Assembly: GCF_964213995.1 (NCBI RefSeq)
Contig: NW_027590882.1
Span: 62,001 to 126,000, forward strand
Direction: 5' to 3'
From: Mustelus asterias
Lineage: Eukaryota
DNA length: 64,000 bases
Shown piece after piece: positions 14,199 through 26,624 of the stretch. Made by a program: the position numbers and the translations under genes. The notes beneath the pieces are model-generated. The model had not been told where the DNA came from and searched no databases. It worked only from the letters and a program-made list of their open reading frames with translations. Each line of letters begins with the position of its first letter. Within the stretch, counting starts at the first letter, position 1.

Positions 14199-15750
14199 CA
14201 CACACACACACACACACAATCCGAGACCAACACACATATACATACACAGCACATACACATTCAGAAAAACACACAAGATCTGAGAAAAGCAGACACAAGC
14301 AAACTCGCAAACGCATACACACATACACACATACAGACACACGCACCTCTGAAAAACACACACACACACACAAACAGACAAATGGGCGGCACGGTAGCGC
14401 AGTGGTTAGCACTGCTGCTTCACAGCTCCACGGACCTGGGTTCGATTCCCGGCTTGGGTCACTGTCTGTGTGGAGTTTGCACATTCTCCACGTGTCTGCG
14501 TGGGTTTCCTCCGGGTGCTCCGGTTTCCTCCCACAGTCCAAAGATATGCGGGTTAGGTTAATTGGCCATGCTAAAAATTGCCCCTTAGTGTCCTGAGATG
14601 CGTCGGTTAGAGGGATTAGTGGGTAAATATGTAGGGATGTGGGGGTAGGGCCTGGGTGGGATTGTGATCGGTGCAGACTCGATGGGCCGAATGGCCTCTT
14701 TCTGTACTGAAGGGTTTCTATGATTTCTATGAAACAGTCACGAGCACGCACACACATGATCTCACAAAAACCGATACAGGCAAACTCGCACACACAGGCC
14801 CATACACGGATATACTCGCTCAGACAAACACACACACGCACACACATACTTTCTCTCTCTTTCAGACACGCAGACACGCTGTCAGACAAATACATGCACA
14901 CACACACAGACAACCACACAGACACAAACACACACACGCATTTAGACAAGTACAGAAAACATACACGCAAACACACAGGCAAATGCAGGCACACGTATTT
15001 CTTAGACGGACAGACACAGGACAACTCGCAAACACAGAGACACTCTCAGAAAAACACAGGCACACAGTCACAGACAAAGATACAATCACAAGAACACACT
15101 CAGACAAACACACACAAGCAAACGCTTGCACACAGAAATATATAGAGAAAAACTCAGACAAACAGACAAAGAAAACATACACTCTCAGACATGCATGCAC
15201 ACACACAGACACACTCGCTGGCAAATATACACACACAGACCCACACACAGCTGTACTATCAAACGAACACACAGGCACACACATACAAATTCACTCTGAT
15301 GCAAACACACAGATACACACAATCTCTCACACAAAACACACACACTTAGAGACAAACACATAAGCACTCAGTCAGCACTCAGGCATACATACAATCACAG
15401 AAAAGCACATAGGCACCAACACACACACACACAAACACCCAGGCAAACACAGTCACGTACACAGAAACACACGCACACAGTCCAACATAGGCACACATAT
15501 GATCTCAGTCAAGCAACATAGGCAAGGTTGTAAACTCACAGACCCACACTTTCAGCATAATACACACACATACACACACATGAACAGACAAGCAAACAGA
15601 CACAAGCACACGCACACACAGACTCAGGAAACAACAGTCACGATCTCAGAGAAATAGACACAAGCAAAGTCGCACATACGGACACATACTAATAAATACT
15701 CAGACAAAAGCAAACACACACACACTCTCAGATAAACACAGAGACAAACC
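14199..15750. repeat. Degenerate (CA)n-rich tract containing a SINE; resumes at about 16200-16290
   Basis: Directly visible. Confidence 0.95.
14383..14732 (+). mobile_element. HE1-like V-SINE, full length
   Basis: A/B boxes in the tRNA-derived head, V-domain, CR1-type tail ending TTCTATGATTTCTATG. Confidence 0.92.
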
Positions 15751-15758
15751 AAAAAAAA

Positions 15759-16195
15759 TCAAGATGGCGTCGGACCATAGCGACTTATTGCATGCTGTGC
15801 CCCGCATCTCTCTAATGCTATCTTTTACTCTCGGTCTTTGCTTCTAAAACTCTATTCTAATTCTTTTGAAATCGATAACAATGTTTTAATTAAATTGACC
15901 TTTCTCTACCCCCTAGCTATGACTGTAACATTACATTCTGCAATCTCTCCTTTCCTTCTCTATGTGCGTGTAATGCCGTGTTTTTGAAACCTACTTTTCC
16001 ACTCACGTAATGAAGGAGCAGCGCTCCGAAAGCTCGTGATTCCAAATAAACCTTAACCTGGCGTTTTGAGCCTTCCTACTGTTCTCTATGTGCGGTATGG
16101 GTTTTTTGTATAGCGCGTTTTAAGTACAGAAACAATACTTTTCACTGTATACTAATACACATGACAATAATAAATCAAATACAACAAAATCAAAA
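15759..16195 (+). mobile_element. Bipartite non-autonomous element: AAGATGGCG head fused to a Rex1-type 3' UTR, with an internal Penelope-terminus insert (about 16000-16082)
   Basis: Homologous to 57798-58080; tail matches the 3' UTRs at about 25880-26055 and 35640-35810. Confidence 0.65.
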
Positions 16196-17050
16196 ACATA
16201 TACTCTCAGAAGAACACACAGAGACACACACACACAGACATACACACTATTACGGACAGTCTCACAAACACAGAGACAGACAGAGACCATAAAGTGTTGA
16301 TGTCAATTTCAGTTTACTCAACCTGCTGGGTAACGGAAGCAAACTTAAAACCGGTGTGTGGGTTTTATTGTGTGATGAGATAATGTATAAATGTATCACC
16401 GTAGCCCAGGGTGGGGTTGTAGTTGATCATTTATCTGCTGTCTGTACTCCTGAACAAATGTCAAATTGGAGAGGTTATCAAGTTTGTGTTATAATGTAAT
16501 GATGTGAAATATGTGGGAGAAGAATTGGTGTGATAAAGGGTGGAAAACAAACTGGGGAATGAGACTGAAGCTGCTGTGCAGACTGAATAGTTCTTGTTGT
16601 GTGAATGGAGGGACACATGTAGGGACGGATGGAGGGAGGAAGGGATGGACGGATCGAGGGACCGATCGAGGGAGGGAGCAATGGATGGAGGGATGGATGG
16701 GGGTGACCTGGGGGAAGTCATTGGGCAGAGACTGTGCTTGCTGCTGTTTCCCCTCCTGGCGCCAGGGGTCACTGGGACACTCCCTGCAGCTGCTGCTGCT
16801 GCTCCTCACAATGTCACATCTTGGCCGTACCTTGGACCAGCTGCAGCTCTTTGGCGGAACATCAGGAGCCAGTGGTGGGGAAGGACTGGCCGTCCTACTC
16901 CAGTGACGTCACCACCAGCCCCGACACCCGCCGTTTATTTTAAGAAAAAAAACGACTATTCAGAAATGGAGAAAGTGACTGAAATTCTGAACCAGACTGG
17001 CCACCGGGAGGTGATTTATATGTAAATAAAAATACAATTATTAATTTAAT

Positions 17051-19839
17051 ATGAAAGATGCCGCGACCAAAGCCATCCTAGACCTTAGGACGGTCGTGCT
17101 CGGCCCCGAAACTGCACGCAAACTTGAGACGGCGCAGGCGTGCGGTGGGATCCCGCCCGAGCGTTCCCCTGTTCGGGCGGAATTCCACATTGGCCCAAAA
17201 CCTCAGCCCCCCTCCCTGGGTGAGGTGCCCCACAGCCTGAGCCGCCTCGCGGAAATGCCCTCCGTGCCTTTTTCTACCGCGCGGAGGCGTTTCCTGTGCG
17301 GGCTGCTGCTGCACACCCTCCACTACCGCCTCCTCGCCTGTCGCCCGGATACACCTTGGCGGGCCTTGTTGCCGCCGGGCGGCGGAGGTCCCCGCTGGAG
17401 CTCCCTCTACGGAGGGATCTCCCCCAATTACGTCGGGGACCTGGGGTGGAGGGTGATGCATGCAGCAGTTCCGCACAACCGTAGGATTCACTGGTTCACG
17501 GGCTCCGAAGACTGCCCTTTCTGCGGCCTTGTGGAGTCCGTGGACCATGTCTATGTTGAGTGTCTTAGGCTGCACTCCCTTTATGTTTTCCTGAAGAACC
17601 TTTTATTGATGTTCTGTTTGCACTTCAGTCCCACGCTCCTGATCTACGGACACCCGGTGCGGAGAGGGGAGGGTCGGGATGGCGACCTCCTCGTGAACCT
17701 GCTCCTGGGCCTGGCGAAACGCGCCATTTACCGGTCCAGGCAGCGGGCGATCGAGGGGGCCGTCCATCCTGACTGTCTTCCCCTCTACCGCGGCTACGTT
17801 CGCGGCCAGGTGTCCCTGGAGAGGGAGCATGCGGTGTCCACGGGCGAGGTTGACGCTTTCCGCGCCCGCTGGGCACCGCAGGGGTTGGGGTGCATTATTG
17901 ACCCTAATAATCACATTTTAATTTGATGTTTTTAAGTTTCCTTTGTATTTTGATTTCTGTTCGGGCTGTTCCCCCTCCTTTTTGGGGAGCTGCCCCTTTT
18001 ACTTTGTCCCGATTTAATCTGAGTTTGTTTACTTGGTTTGGTTTGACCTAAAAAGAGGTCCCCTGTTCGGGCGGAATTCCACATTGGCCCAAAACCTCAA
18101 CCCCCCTCCCTGGGTGAGGTGCCCCACAGCCTGAGCCGCCTCGCGGAAATGCCCTCCGTGCCTTTTTCTACCGCGCGGAGGCGTTTCCTGTGCGGGCTGC
18201 TGCTGCACACCCTCCACTACCGCCTCCTCGCCTGTCGCCCGGATACACCTTGGCGGGCCTTGTTGCCGCCGGGTGGTGGAGGTCCCCGCTGGAGGTCCCT
18301 CTACGGAGGGATCTCCCCCAATTACGTCGGGGACCTGGGGTGGAGGGTGATGCATGCAGCAGTTCCGCACAACCGTAGGATTCACTGGTTCACGGGCTCC
18401 GAAGACTGCCCTTTCTGCGGCCTTGTGGAGTCCGTGGACCATGTCTATGTTGAGTGTCTTAGGCTGCACTCCCTTTATGTTTTCCTGAAGAACCTTTTAT
18501 TGATGTTCTGTTTGCACTTCAGTCCCACGCTCCTGATCTACGGACACCCGGTGCGGAGAGGGGAGGGTCGGGATGGCGACCTCCTCGTGAACCTGCTCCT
18601 GGGCCTGGCGAAACGCGCCATTTACCGGTCCAGGCAGCGGGCGATCGAGGGGGCCGTCCATCCTGACTGTCTTCCCCTCTACCGCGGCTACGTTCGCGGC
18701 CAGGTGTCCCTGGAGAGGGAGCATGCGGTGTCCACGGGCGAGGTTGACGCTTTCCGCGCCCGCTGGGCACCGCAGGGGTTGGGGTGCATTATTGACCCTA
18801 ATAATCACATTTTAATTTGATGTTTTTAAGTTTCCTTTGTATTTTGATTTCTGTTCGGGCTGTTCCCCCTCCTTTTTGGGGAGCTGCCCCTTTTACTTTG
18901 TCCTGATTTAATCTGAGTTTGTTTACTTGGTTTGGTTTGACCTAAAAAGAGGTCGGGCGGAATTCCACATTGGCCCAAAGCCTCAGCCCCCCTCCCTGGG
19001 TGAGGTGCCCCACAGCCCGAGCCGCCTCGCGGAAATGCCCTCCGTGCCTTTTTCTACCGCGCGGAGGCGTTTCCTGTGCGGGCTGCTGCTGCACACCTTC
19101 CACTACTGCCTCCTCGCCTGTCGCCCGGATACACCTTGGCGGGCCTTGTTGCCGCCGGGCGGCGGAGGTCCCCGCTGGAGGTCCCTCTACGGAGGGATCT
19201 CCCCCAATTACGTCGGGGACCTGGGGTGGAGGGTGATGCATGCAGCAGTTCCGCACAACCGTAGGGTTCACTGGTTCACGGGCTCCGAAGACTGCCCTTT
19301 CTGCGGCCTTGTGGAGTCCGTGGACCATGTCTATGTTGAGTGTCTTAGGCTGCACTCCCTTTATGTTTTCCTGAAGAACCTTTTATTGATGTTCTGTCTG
19401 CACTTCAGTCCCACGCTCCTGATCTACGGACACCCGGTGCGGAGAGGGGAGGGTCGGGATGGCGACCTCCTCGTGAACCTGCTCCTGGGCCTGGCGAAAC
19501 GCGCCATTTACCGGTCCAGGCAGCGGGCAATCGAGGGGGCCGTCCATCCTGACTGTCTTCCCCTCTACCGCGGCTACGTTCGCGGCCAGGTGTCCCTGGA
19601 GAGGGAGCATGCGGTGTCCACGGGCGAGGTTGACGCTTTCCGCGCCCGCTGGGCACGGCAGGGGTTGGGTGCATTATTGACCCCAATAATCACATTTTAA
19701 TTTGATGTTTTTAAGTTTCCTTTGTACTTTGATTTCTGTTCGGGCTGTTCCCCCTCCTTTTTGGGGAGCTGCCCCTTTTACTTTGTCCTGATTTAATCTG
19801 AGTTTGTTTATTTGGTTTGGTTTGACCTAAAAAAAAGAG
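17051..19839 (+). mobile_element. Three head-to-tail 5'-truncated copies of a Tx1-clade (L1-like) retrotransposon 3' end (17051-18057, 18058-18951, 18952-19839)
   Basis: Each encodes the zf-RVT C-terminus LGWRVMHAAVP...CPFCG..ESVDHVYVEC, followed by a near-identical 3' UTR ending TTTGACCTAAAAAGAG. Confidence 0.9.
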
Positions 19840-20230
19840 GACAGAGGGTAGCGGTAGAGGGGTGATTTTCTGACTGGAAGGCTGTGACTAGCCATGATCC
19901 ACAGGGATCAGTTCCGGAACCTTTGCTGTTCGTAGTATATGTAAATGATTTGGAGGAAAATGTAGCTGGTATAATTGTAAGTTCACAGACGACACAAAAA
20001 TTTGTGGAGTTGCGGAGAGTGAAGAGGATTGTCAGAGGATACAGCTACAGCAAAAGATAAACCGGTTGGAGACTGGGGCGGAAAAATGGCAGATGGAGTT
20101 TATTCTGGACAAGTGTGAGATAATGCATTTTGGAAGGTCCAATGCATGTCGGGATTATATAGGAAAGATAGAACCCGTCGGAGTATTGATAAGCAGAGAG
20201 ATCTCGACGTACATATCCACCGATCACTGA
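19840..20230 (+). mobile_element. CR1 RT fragment (old)
   Basis: Degenerate PQGSV.G..LFVVYVNDL...KF.DDTK...KWQMEF. Confidence 0.8.
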
Positions 20231-20861
20231 TAACATCAAAGGACAGTGGCTGAATGACAGACTCTCCAAGGTTCAAACCCGAAAAAAAGAAATAAGACGG
20301 TAGTGGGTTTAAATTTGTGATTCAAACCATGCTTGCGAACAGAGAGAAAATGTGCGACATGTTTTGTCCACAATTCCCAGTCTGGTGAGGTGACTGCGAG
20401 TAAATGGAAGAACACTGAACTGGGATATAATTAATGTCCTTATCGGGGCAAGGTGTCCTTTGGTGTTATTCACATCAGAAGAAAATCCTGATCTAGTTAT
20501 GGTAAGGCAGAGATTCTGGTCCGTAAAAGGTGTCAGGAAACAACAAAGCTCGAAAATTACGCTCGAAATGACAGTGGCATTGTGGGGGAATTCAGTAATA
20601 TTCGCAAAAAAGCATTCACAAAGCACGCTGTGTACCGACTGTGATCAAATGGACCGAGAAACGGAAAGGGGAGATGGGAAAGGGCTGGCCAATAATTGAT
20701 ACAGACTAGGAAATAACACCAAAGACAAATTGTCAGCTGACGCACCACGAACTCACTTTGGTGAGTGCCTTCGCTCGGAATTATAATACATTTCTGTTAC
20801 TCTCACTGTTTTTCGGGTGAGCGCGCCCTCTGCTGATCACGAACTGGAACTATCAGTGCGG

Positions 20862-21146
20862 TGCTTTTGTCCGAGATCCGCTCTATCTCTGCAGCAGAAA
20901 CACAAGGCGGTATCGGAGAGAAGCGTCCTGGTGACATTTGAGGAACAGTGTTCCTTTGTACAAAGTAGGCAATATTTTTCCACATCCTCCGGGCTATAAA
21001 TCCTCATTAAATATCTCGGAGTTTCGCTGGGATACAGGAACAGAGTAGGGAGAGTAGCTGTCGAGTATTTACAATCCAGCATTATGCTCTGTGCTTGGAG
21101 AACGCTTAATTCAGATTGATCATTGGACACAGAATCATCACTATTT
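20862..21146 (-). pseudogene. TCR alpha/delta-type V pseudogene (V1), internally deleted, heptamer lost
   Basis: Splice acceptor at 21147-21149; translation DDSVSNDQSELSVLQAQSIMLDCKYS...LYPSETPRYLMRI...NVTRTLLSDTALCFC; nonamer-like ACAAAAGCA at 20862-20870, 23 nt after the last Cys codon. Confidence 0.75.
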
Positions 21147-22223
21147 CTGCAACAAAACACAGAATGTATCAAATATCTGCGAGTGAAAATAACACTTGGA
21201 ACAAATATTCCCCATTTTTTAGTTCGTATATGTCTGTTTTGCTGCAGCTGTTTCTCTGATTGTATCTTCCTCTAAATCTATTCCTCATTCATTCATTTAT
21301 ATCACCGGTTCTTGCTCTGCTTAACTCCAGGTCTCGACTCCAATTCCAATTATTCAATCCCTCTTGTTTTCTTCCCATATCTCCACCTACATTTCTCCCT
21401 TGTCTCTCCCTTACAGGTTTCAATAACAGATATCCCGCATAATGGACCATCAGCTGGTGCTCAGGTCCATCGTAATATTTTGATACTTTGAAAAAATTCC
21501 AGTAGTCATTTTACATTCCACTCCATGGAAGTACTCCAGAATGTGATGCATGTTGCTGTTGTTAGGAGTGAGATTAATCAACAACTTGCAGCCAAAGCAC
21601 ATAGTACAAATCATGTATATCCAACGCCCAACATATCGACAGACATATCAAACACTCCCGCATTAATATCAAATATTAATTTCCACACCAAATGCCGTTA
21701 TTAGTCATTTCCTTGGATATAATGAAACACAGGAGGAATTGCAACCGACAGGAATGTTCTCGGTGCCAATATGAAATAATGCATGTCTATGTGTACATAT
21801 GATAGGGGAGATCTGAAATAAAAACAGAAAATTGCTGGAAAGACTCTGTGGAGAGAGAAACTGAGCTAAACATTTGCGACTTTGAAACTCCGAGTTGGCT
21901 GAGCAAAGGAGATAATTCTGCCTTTTACTGTAAAGGATATATGAAAATTCTGTCCCAAGGCAACTAATCGAAAACCATACATCAGTGTTGCATTTCTACT
22001 TTGTCCTCGGTGACGATATGAAAGATATTTACCATGGAAGTAATATATATGATTACGTATTCCATTAAACCTCCATTGACGTCATTCTCCTTTAATATTC
22101 TGGATCGAGAGAATGCCGAAACCAGGAAACGGCAATTAGTGGAATTGCAGCTTCCCGTTTTGATTTTAAGTGAGCAATTTTTGAAGGAGAGTGTTGACCA
22201 TAAAAAACAACTTTCTTTTGCAT

Positions 22224-22543
22224 GGACAATTATCGGTGGAGTGTCTGCGATCTCTCAATCACAGCAGATATTAACACAAAAGAGACAATCGATTGAAATC
22301 CAATGAAATACAATCACCTGATGCCCTGAGAGCATCCGCTCGTTCAGCCTGCAACAGAACCGTGGCCTGAAATTTGTCATTTCATCTGTTAGCAGAAACA
22401 CCACAGACTCTTCAAACTCTTCATTCACTCAACAAGACGTTTGACCAGTCCTAATGGAGACAGCACATCGGTATCAGGCGCTGGGGTGTGTTACTGTGTC
22501 AGTGAGTCACTGAGACACAAAACCCGCACGTCGCAGATAAACT
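22224..22543 (+). pseudogene. Highly decayed TCR V pseudogene (V2)
   Basis: AISQSQQIL..SIEIQ*(C), FR2-like IRSFSLQQNRGLKFVI, FR3-like SVSGAGVCYCV; RSS-like GTCACTG-22 nt-AGATAAACT at 22506-22543. Confidence 0.55.
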
Positions 22544-22552
22544 ATCCAGTTA

Positions 22553-23406
22553 TATCCCGAGGTGATGAGAAGCTTTTTTTATTGGTCGTGGTTCATCCTG
22601 AGCAACTCCGTGACGAAGGACTCTGTGCTCTACGGGCTGTTCCCAGGGACAAACCGAGACAAGCACCAATTGCTGTTGGAGAATTTTCAACTGGGTAAAA
22701 CACACCATTTGCCTTCCCGAAACCAGTTGATCTTCATGTGCAAAGAATTGTCCTCGATCGAGTGTTGCAGACAACACATTCCAGGCCACAGGGCTACCGA
22801 TTGAGGGACGCACTAAACCTTGGGGCTGTTGCTGCAAAGGCGCAATGAGGAAAACTGCGATCTTTCGGCCATTGTGATCTGAGGGGAGCAGAACTCTATA
22901 TGAACGCCCCGTGCTGTTGGACTCACATTGAATGAATGCAGTGAATATTACACGTCTCGCAATTCTACTGAAGCACCTGAGAGTGTAACTTGTTCAATGT
23001 AGACAACCTAAATAACATCGCCCCTCCTGTATTGACGATCTTGAAATATGTATTATGTTCCATTGATTGCACTGAAGCTCTTCAATGTGCAACATTATCT
23101 TTGCAGAAAACTTCAGTATCACTGCACTTTCTGAAATGACCATTTTGCAACGTTCTGTAATGTTTCATTGAATGCGTTGAAGCGCGTCAGAGTGCAAAAT
23201 TATCTGTGTCCGAAACCTAAACGTTATTGCACTTTCTGTAAAAACCGTTCTGAAAAATTCTGTAATATTCCTTTAATTATACACAGAGTGCAACAGCTTC
23301 ATTGTCGAAAGCTTGAATGTTATTGCACTTGCTGTTATGGCCATTTTGAAGTATTTTGTAATGTTCTTTCAGATACTTTATGAATAAGTTTTCTTTTGGA
23401 AAAAAG
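22553..23406 (+). mobile_element. Old Tx1 3' fragment, related to the element at 52447-57640
   Basis: SNSVTKDSVLYGLFPGT...ELSSIECCR matches SSSVTQDSVLYGLFPGT...ELSSTECCR; similar AATAA...A-rich end. Confidence 0.85.
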
Positions 23407-23509
23407 CACAACGTCCCAGTTTGCGAGTTCACAATCCTCACAGCTGTCACTGCTCCCTTCAGTAAGTTGACTACATTGTGAACTACTGGTGAATACAAAG
23501 AGCTTCTAC

Positions 23510-25325
23510 AAATACATAAAAGGCAAAAGAGTAACAAGGAAGAGAGTAGGGTCTGTTAAGGATCAACTAGGTCATCGATGTGCGGATCCACAACAGCTGG
23601 GTCAGATCCTAAATGAATATTTCTTATAAGTATTTATTGTTGAGAAAAGCATAGATGTTCGGGGCCTTGGGGAAATAAATAGTGATGTCTTGAGGAGTGC
23701 ACATATTACTGAGAAGGAGGTGTTGGAAGTCTTAAAGCGCATCAAGGTGGATAAATCCCCGGGATCTGATGAAATGTATCCCAGGACATTGTAGGAGGCT
23801 AGGGAGAAAATTGCGAGTCCCCCAGCAGAGATATTTGAATCATCGACAGTCACAGGTGAGGTGCCTGAAGATTTGAGGGAGGCAAATGTTGTGCCTTTGT
23901 TTTAAAAGGGCTGCAGGGAAAAGCCTGGGAACTACAGGCCAGTGAGCCTCATACCTGTGGGGGGTAAGCTGTAAGGGATTTTGAGAGGCAAGATCTGCAG
24001 GAATTTAGAGACGCAGGAACTGATTAGGGACATTCAGCATGGCTTTGTGAGTGGAAAATCATGTCTCACAAACTTGATGGAGCCTTTTGAAGGGGTAACC
24101 AAGAAGATAGATGAGGGCAGTGCAGGTGATGTTGTCTACATGGACTTTAGCAAGGCTTTTCACAAGGTACCGCATGGCAGGTTGTTGCATAAGGTTAAAT
24201 CTCATGGGATCCAGGGCGACGTAGCTAAATGGATACAAAATTGGGTTGATGACACAAGCCAGAGGGTAATTGCCGAGGGTTGTTTTTCAAACTGGAGGCC
24301 TGTGACCAGAGGTTTGCCTTCGGGATCAGTACTGGGTCCGCTGTTATTTGTCATTTATATTAATGATTTGGATGAGAATATAGGAGGCATGGTTAGTAAG
24401 TTTCCAGATGACACCAAGATTGGTAGCATAGTGGACAGTGAAGAAGGTTTTCTTGGACTGCAACGGGATCTTGATCAATTGACCAGTGGGCTGACGAATG
24501 GCAGATGGAGTTTAATTTAGATAAATGCGAGGTGATGCATTTTGGTAGATTGAACCAGGGCAGGACTTACTTAGTTAATGGTAGGGCGTTGGGGAGAGTT
24601 ACAGAACAAAGACATCTAGGGGTACATGTTCATCGCTCCTTGAAAGTGGAGTCACAGGTGGACAGAGTGGTGAAGAAGGCATTCAGAATGGTTGTTTTCT
24701 TTGGTTAGAGCATTGAATACAGTAGTTAGGACGTCTTTTTGAAGTTGTACAAGACATTGGTAAGGCCACACTTGGAATACTGTGTACATTTCTGGTCACC
24801 CTATTATAGAAAGGATATTATTAAACTAGAAAGAGTGGAGACAATATTTACTAGGATGCTACCGGGACTTGATGGTTTGAGTTGTAAGGGGAGGCTGGAT
24901 AGACTGGGACTTTTTTTCTCTAGAGCGTCGAAGGCTGAGGGGTGATCTTACATAGGTCTATAAAATAATGAGGGGTAGATCAGCTAGATAGTCAATATCT
25001 TTTCCCAATGGTGGGGGAGTCTAAAGCTAGAGGCATAGGTTTAAGGTGAGAGGGAGACGTACAAAAGTGTCCGGAGGGGCAATTTTTTCACACAGAGGGT
25101 GGTGAGTGTCTGGAACAAGCTGCCAGAGGTATTAGTAGACGCGGGTACAATTTTGTCTTTTGAAAAGCATTTAGAAAGTTACATGGGTCTGATGGGTATA
25201 GAGGGATATGAGCCAAATGCGGGCAATTGGGACTAGCTTCAGGGTTTGAAAAAAAGGGCAGCATGGACAAGTTGGGTCAAAGGGCCTGTTTCCATGTTGT
25301 AAACCTCTATGACTCTATGACTCTA
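23510..25325 (+). mobile_element. CR1 LINE ORF2 3' portion with (CTATGACT)n tail
   Basis: QHGFVSGKSCLTNL, YMDFSKAF, GSVLGPLLF, KFPDD; tail repeat at about 25306-25326. Confidence 0.92.
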
Positions 25326-25654
25326 TGGTGCTATCCATTCCTCAGGAAAATGGTTACTCGGGCCGGCTGAAGCATGTTAGCATTTTACTGCTCTTTATTT
25401 CTATGCATTTTGTTAACCTTGAGCTCTTGATTGTTGTGCGGGAAAGGTTAATCCAAATTAATATCATCACCGTGATATTGAGCCAGGTCTGCACCGACAG
25501 CAGTTATTTGTTCAGTCACTTCAGTTGCAGACGGAGATCTGTACACCGTACAGACAAGGAGGAGTCTGTTGACCTATTGTGCCTGTGCCAGGACTTCGCA
25601 GGGGCTATCCAAATAAGTCCACATCCCTGCTCTTTACAAAGAGTCCTGAAGGAA

Positions 25655-26055
25655 ACTTGGTCCATCACGCAAACCAGCCTCCCATCCATTGACTCTGTCT
25701 ACACTTCCCGCTGCCTCAGAAAAGCGCCCGGCATAATCAAGGACCCCACGCACACCGGGCATACGCTTCTCCACCTTATTCCGTTGGGAAAAAGAAACGG
25801 ATGTCTGAGGTCACGTACCAACCGACTCAAGGACAGCTTCTTCCCTGCTACCATCGGACTTTTAAATAGATCTACCACACATTAAGCTGTTATTTCTCTA
25901 CACCCTGGTTTTATTTGTAACACTGCATCCTGCACCCTCTCCTGTCCTTCTCCCCTATGTTCTCTATGTATGGTAAGCTTTGTCTGTATAGCATGCAAGA
26001 AACAATACTTTCCACTGTATACCAGTGTATGTGAAAATGCTAAATCAAATTTATC
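25655..26055 (+). mobile_element. Rex1/Babar-type LINE 3' end
   Basis: LPSIDSVYTSRCLRKA..IIKDPTH.GH.L...RSRTNRLKDSFFP. Confidence 0.8.
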
Positions 26056-26525
26056 CAAACCCAAGACAATTCCTCCTTTACATCTTTTGAAACAATATTC
26101 AGTTATTTCGTTCAGAAAAACAATGAGAGAAATAAAACCTGAAATAGAGGCATGCATTCTAATGAACATTTTCTAAAATTTTATACTGTTGACGGATTGC
26201 GATATTAAGAATGCTGAAAATTTATTGTACTGAGCTGGTGCTCCCAGTTTGTCTGATTCTAGGAGCAGCGCTCCGGAAGCTTGTGCTACCAAATAAACCT
26301 GTTGGACTTTAACCTGGTGTTGTGAGAGTTCTTACTGTCATGAATTAGAGCAGAAAGGAGCTCTCAGCTAATTGGATGAATCCAGAGCAAAGAGCCCAGG
26401 AGCTTATTGGATATCAGCTGATGACGCTGCCAGGAATAAACCAATTTGTAGATTGTGGTATCCAATCAGCTCTTTATTCTCTAATCAGTGCTCTCCACTC
26501 TTCCGACCATAGGTTCTGTAGGGTG

Positions 26526-26533
26526 TGACGTCA
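26526..26533 (+). promoter_or_regulatory. CRE (TGACGTCA) in the V3 promoter
   Basis: Perfect CRE about 90 nt upstream of the leader ATG; CRE-like elements are established TCR V promoter motifs. Confidence 0.7.
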
Positions 26534-26624
26534 GATCAGCCACAGCCAATGCTCTCAGCTTTATCTTGTTCAACCTTCTGCAGCTTTTGGAGAAACAAGT
26601 CCCTGGAATCCAGGAGCAGCAGCA

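Noticed and set aside
11213-15367. HT-rich and CV-rich ORFs of up to 296 aa
   Set aside because: Translations of degenerate CA/TG microsatellite plus a SINE; not genes.
16318-16360. J-like peptide LGNGSKLKT followed by GT
   Set aside because: Lacks the F/W of FGxG and has no upstream 12-RSS.
16461-17025. Several overlapping ORFs around a GGAT/GGGA repeat
   Set aside because: Low-complexity origin; no recognisable domain.
17051-19839. CRISPR-like or host multi-gene array interpretation of the triplet
   Set aside because: The units are LINE 3' ends with zf-RVT and 3' UTR; no spacers; eukaryotic context.
20578-20615. Possible D segment (CATTGTG GGGGAATT ... CAAAAAAGC)
   Set aside because: No nonamer at 12 or 23 nt upstream and no downstream heptamer.
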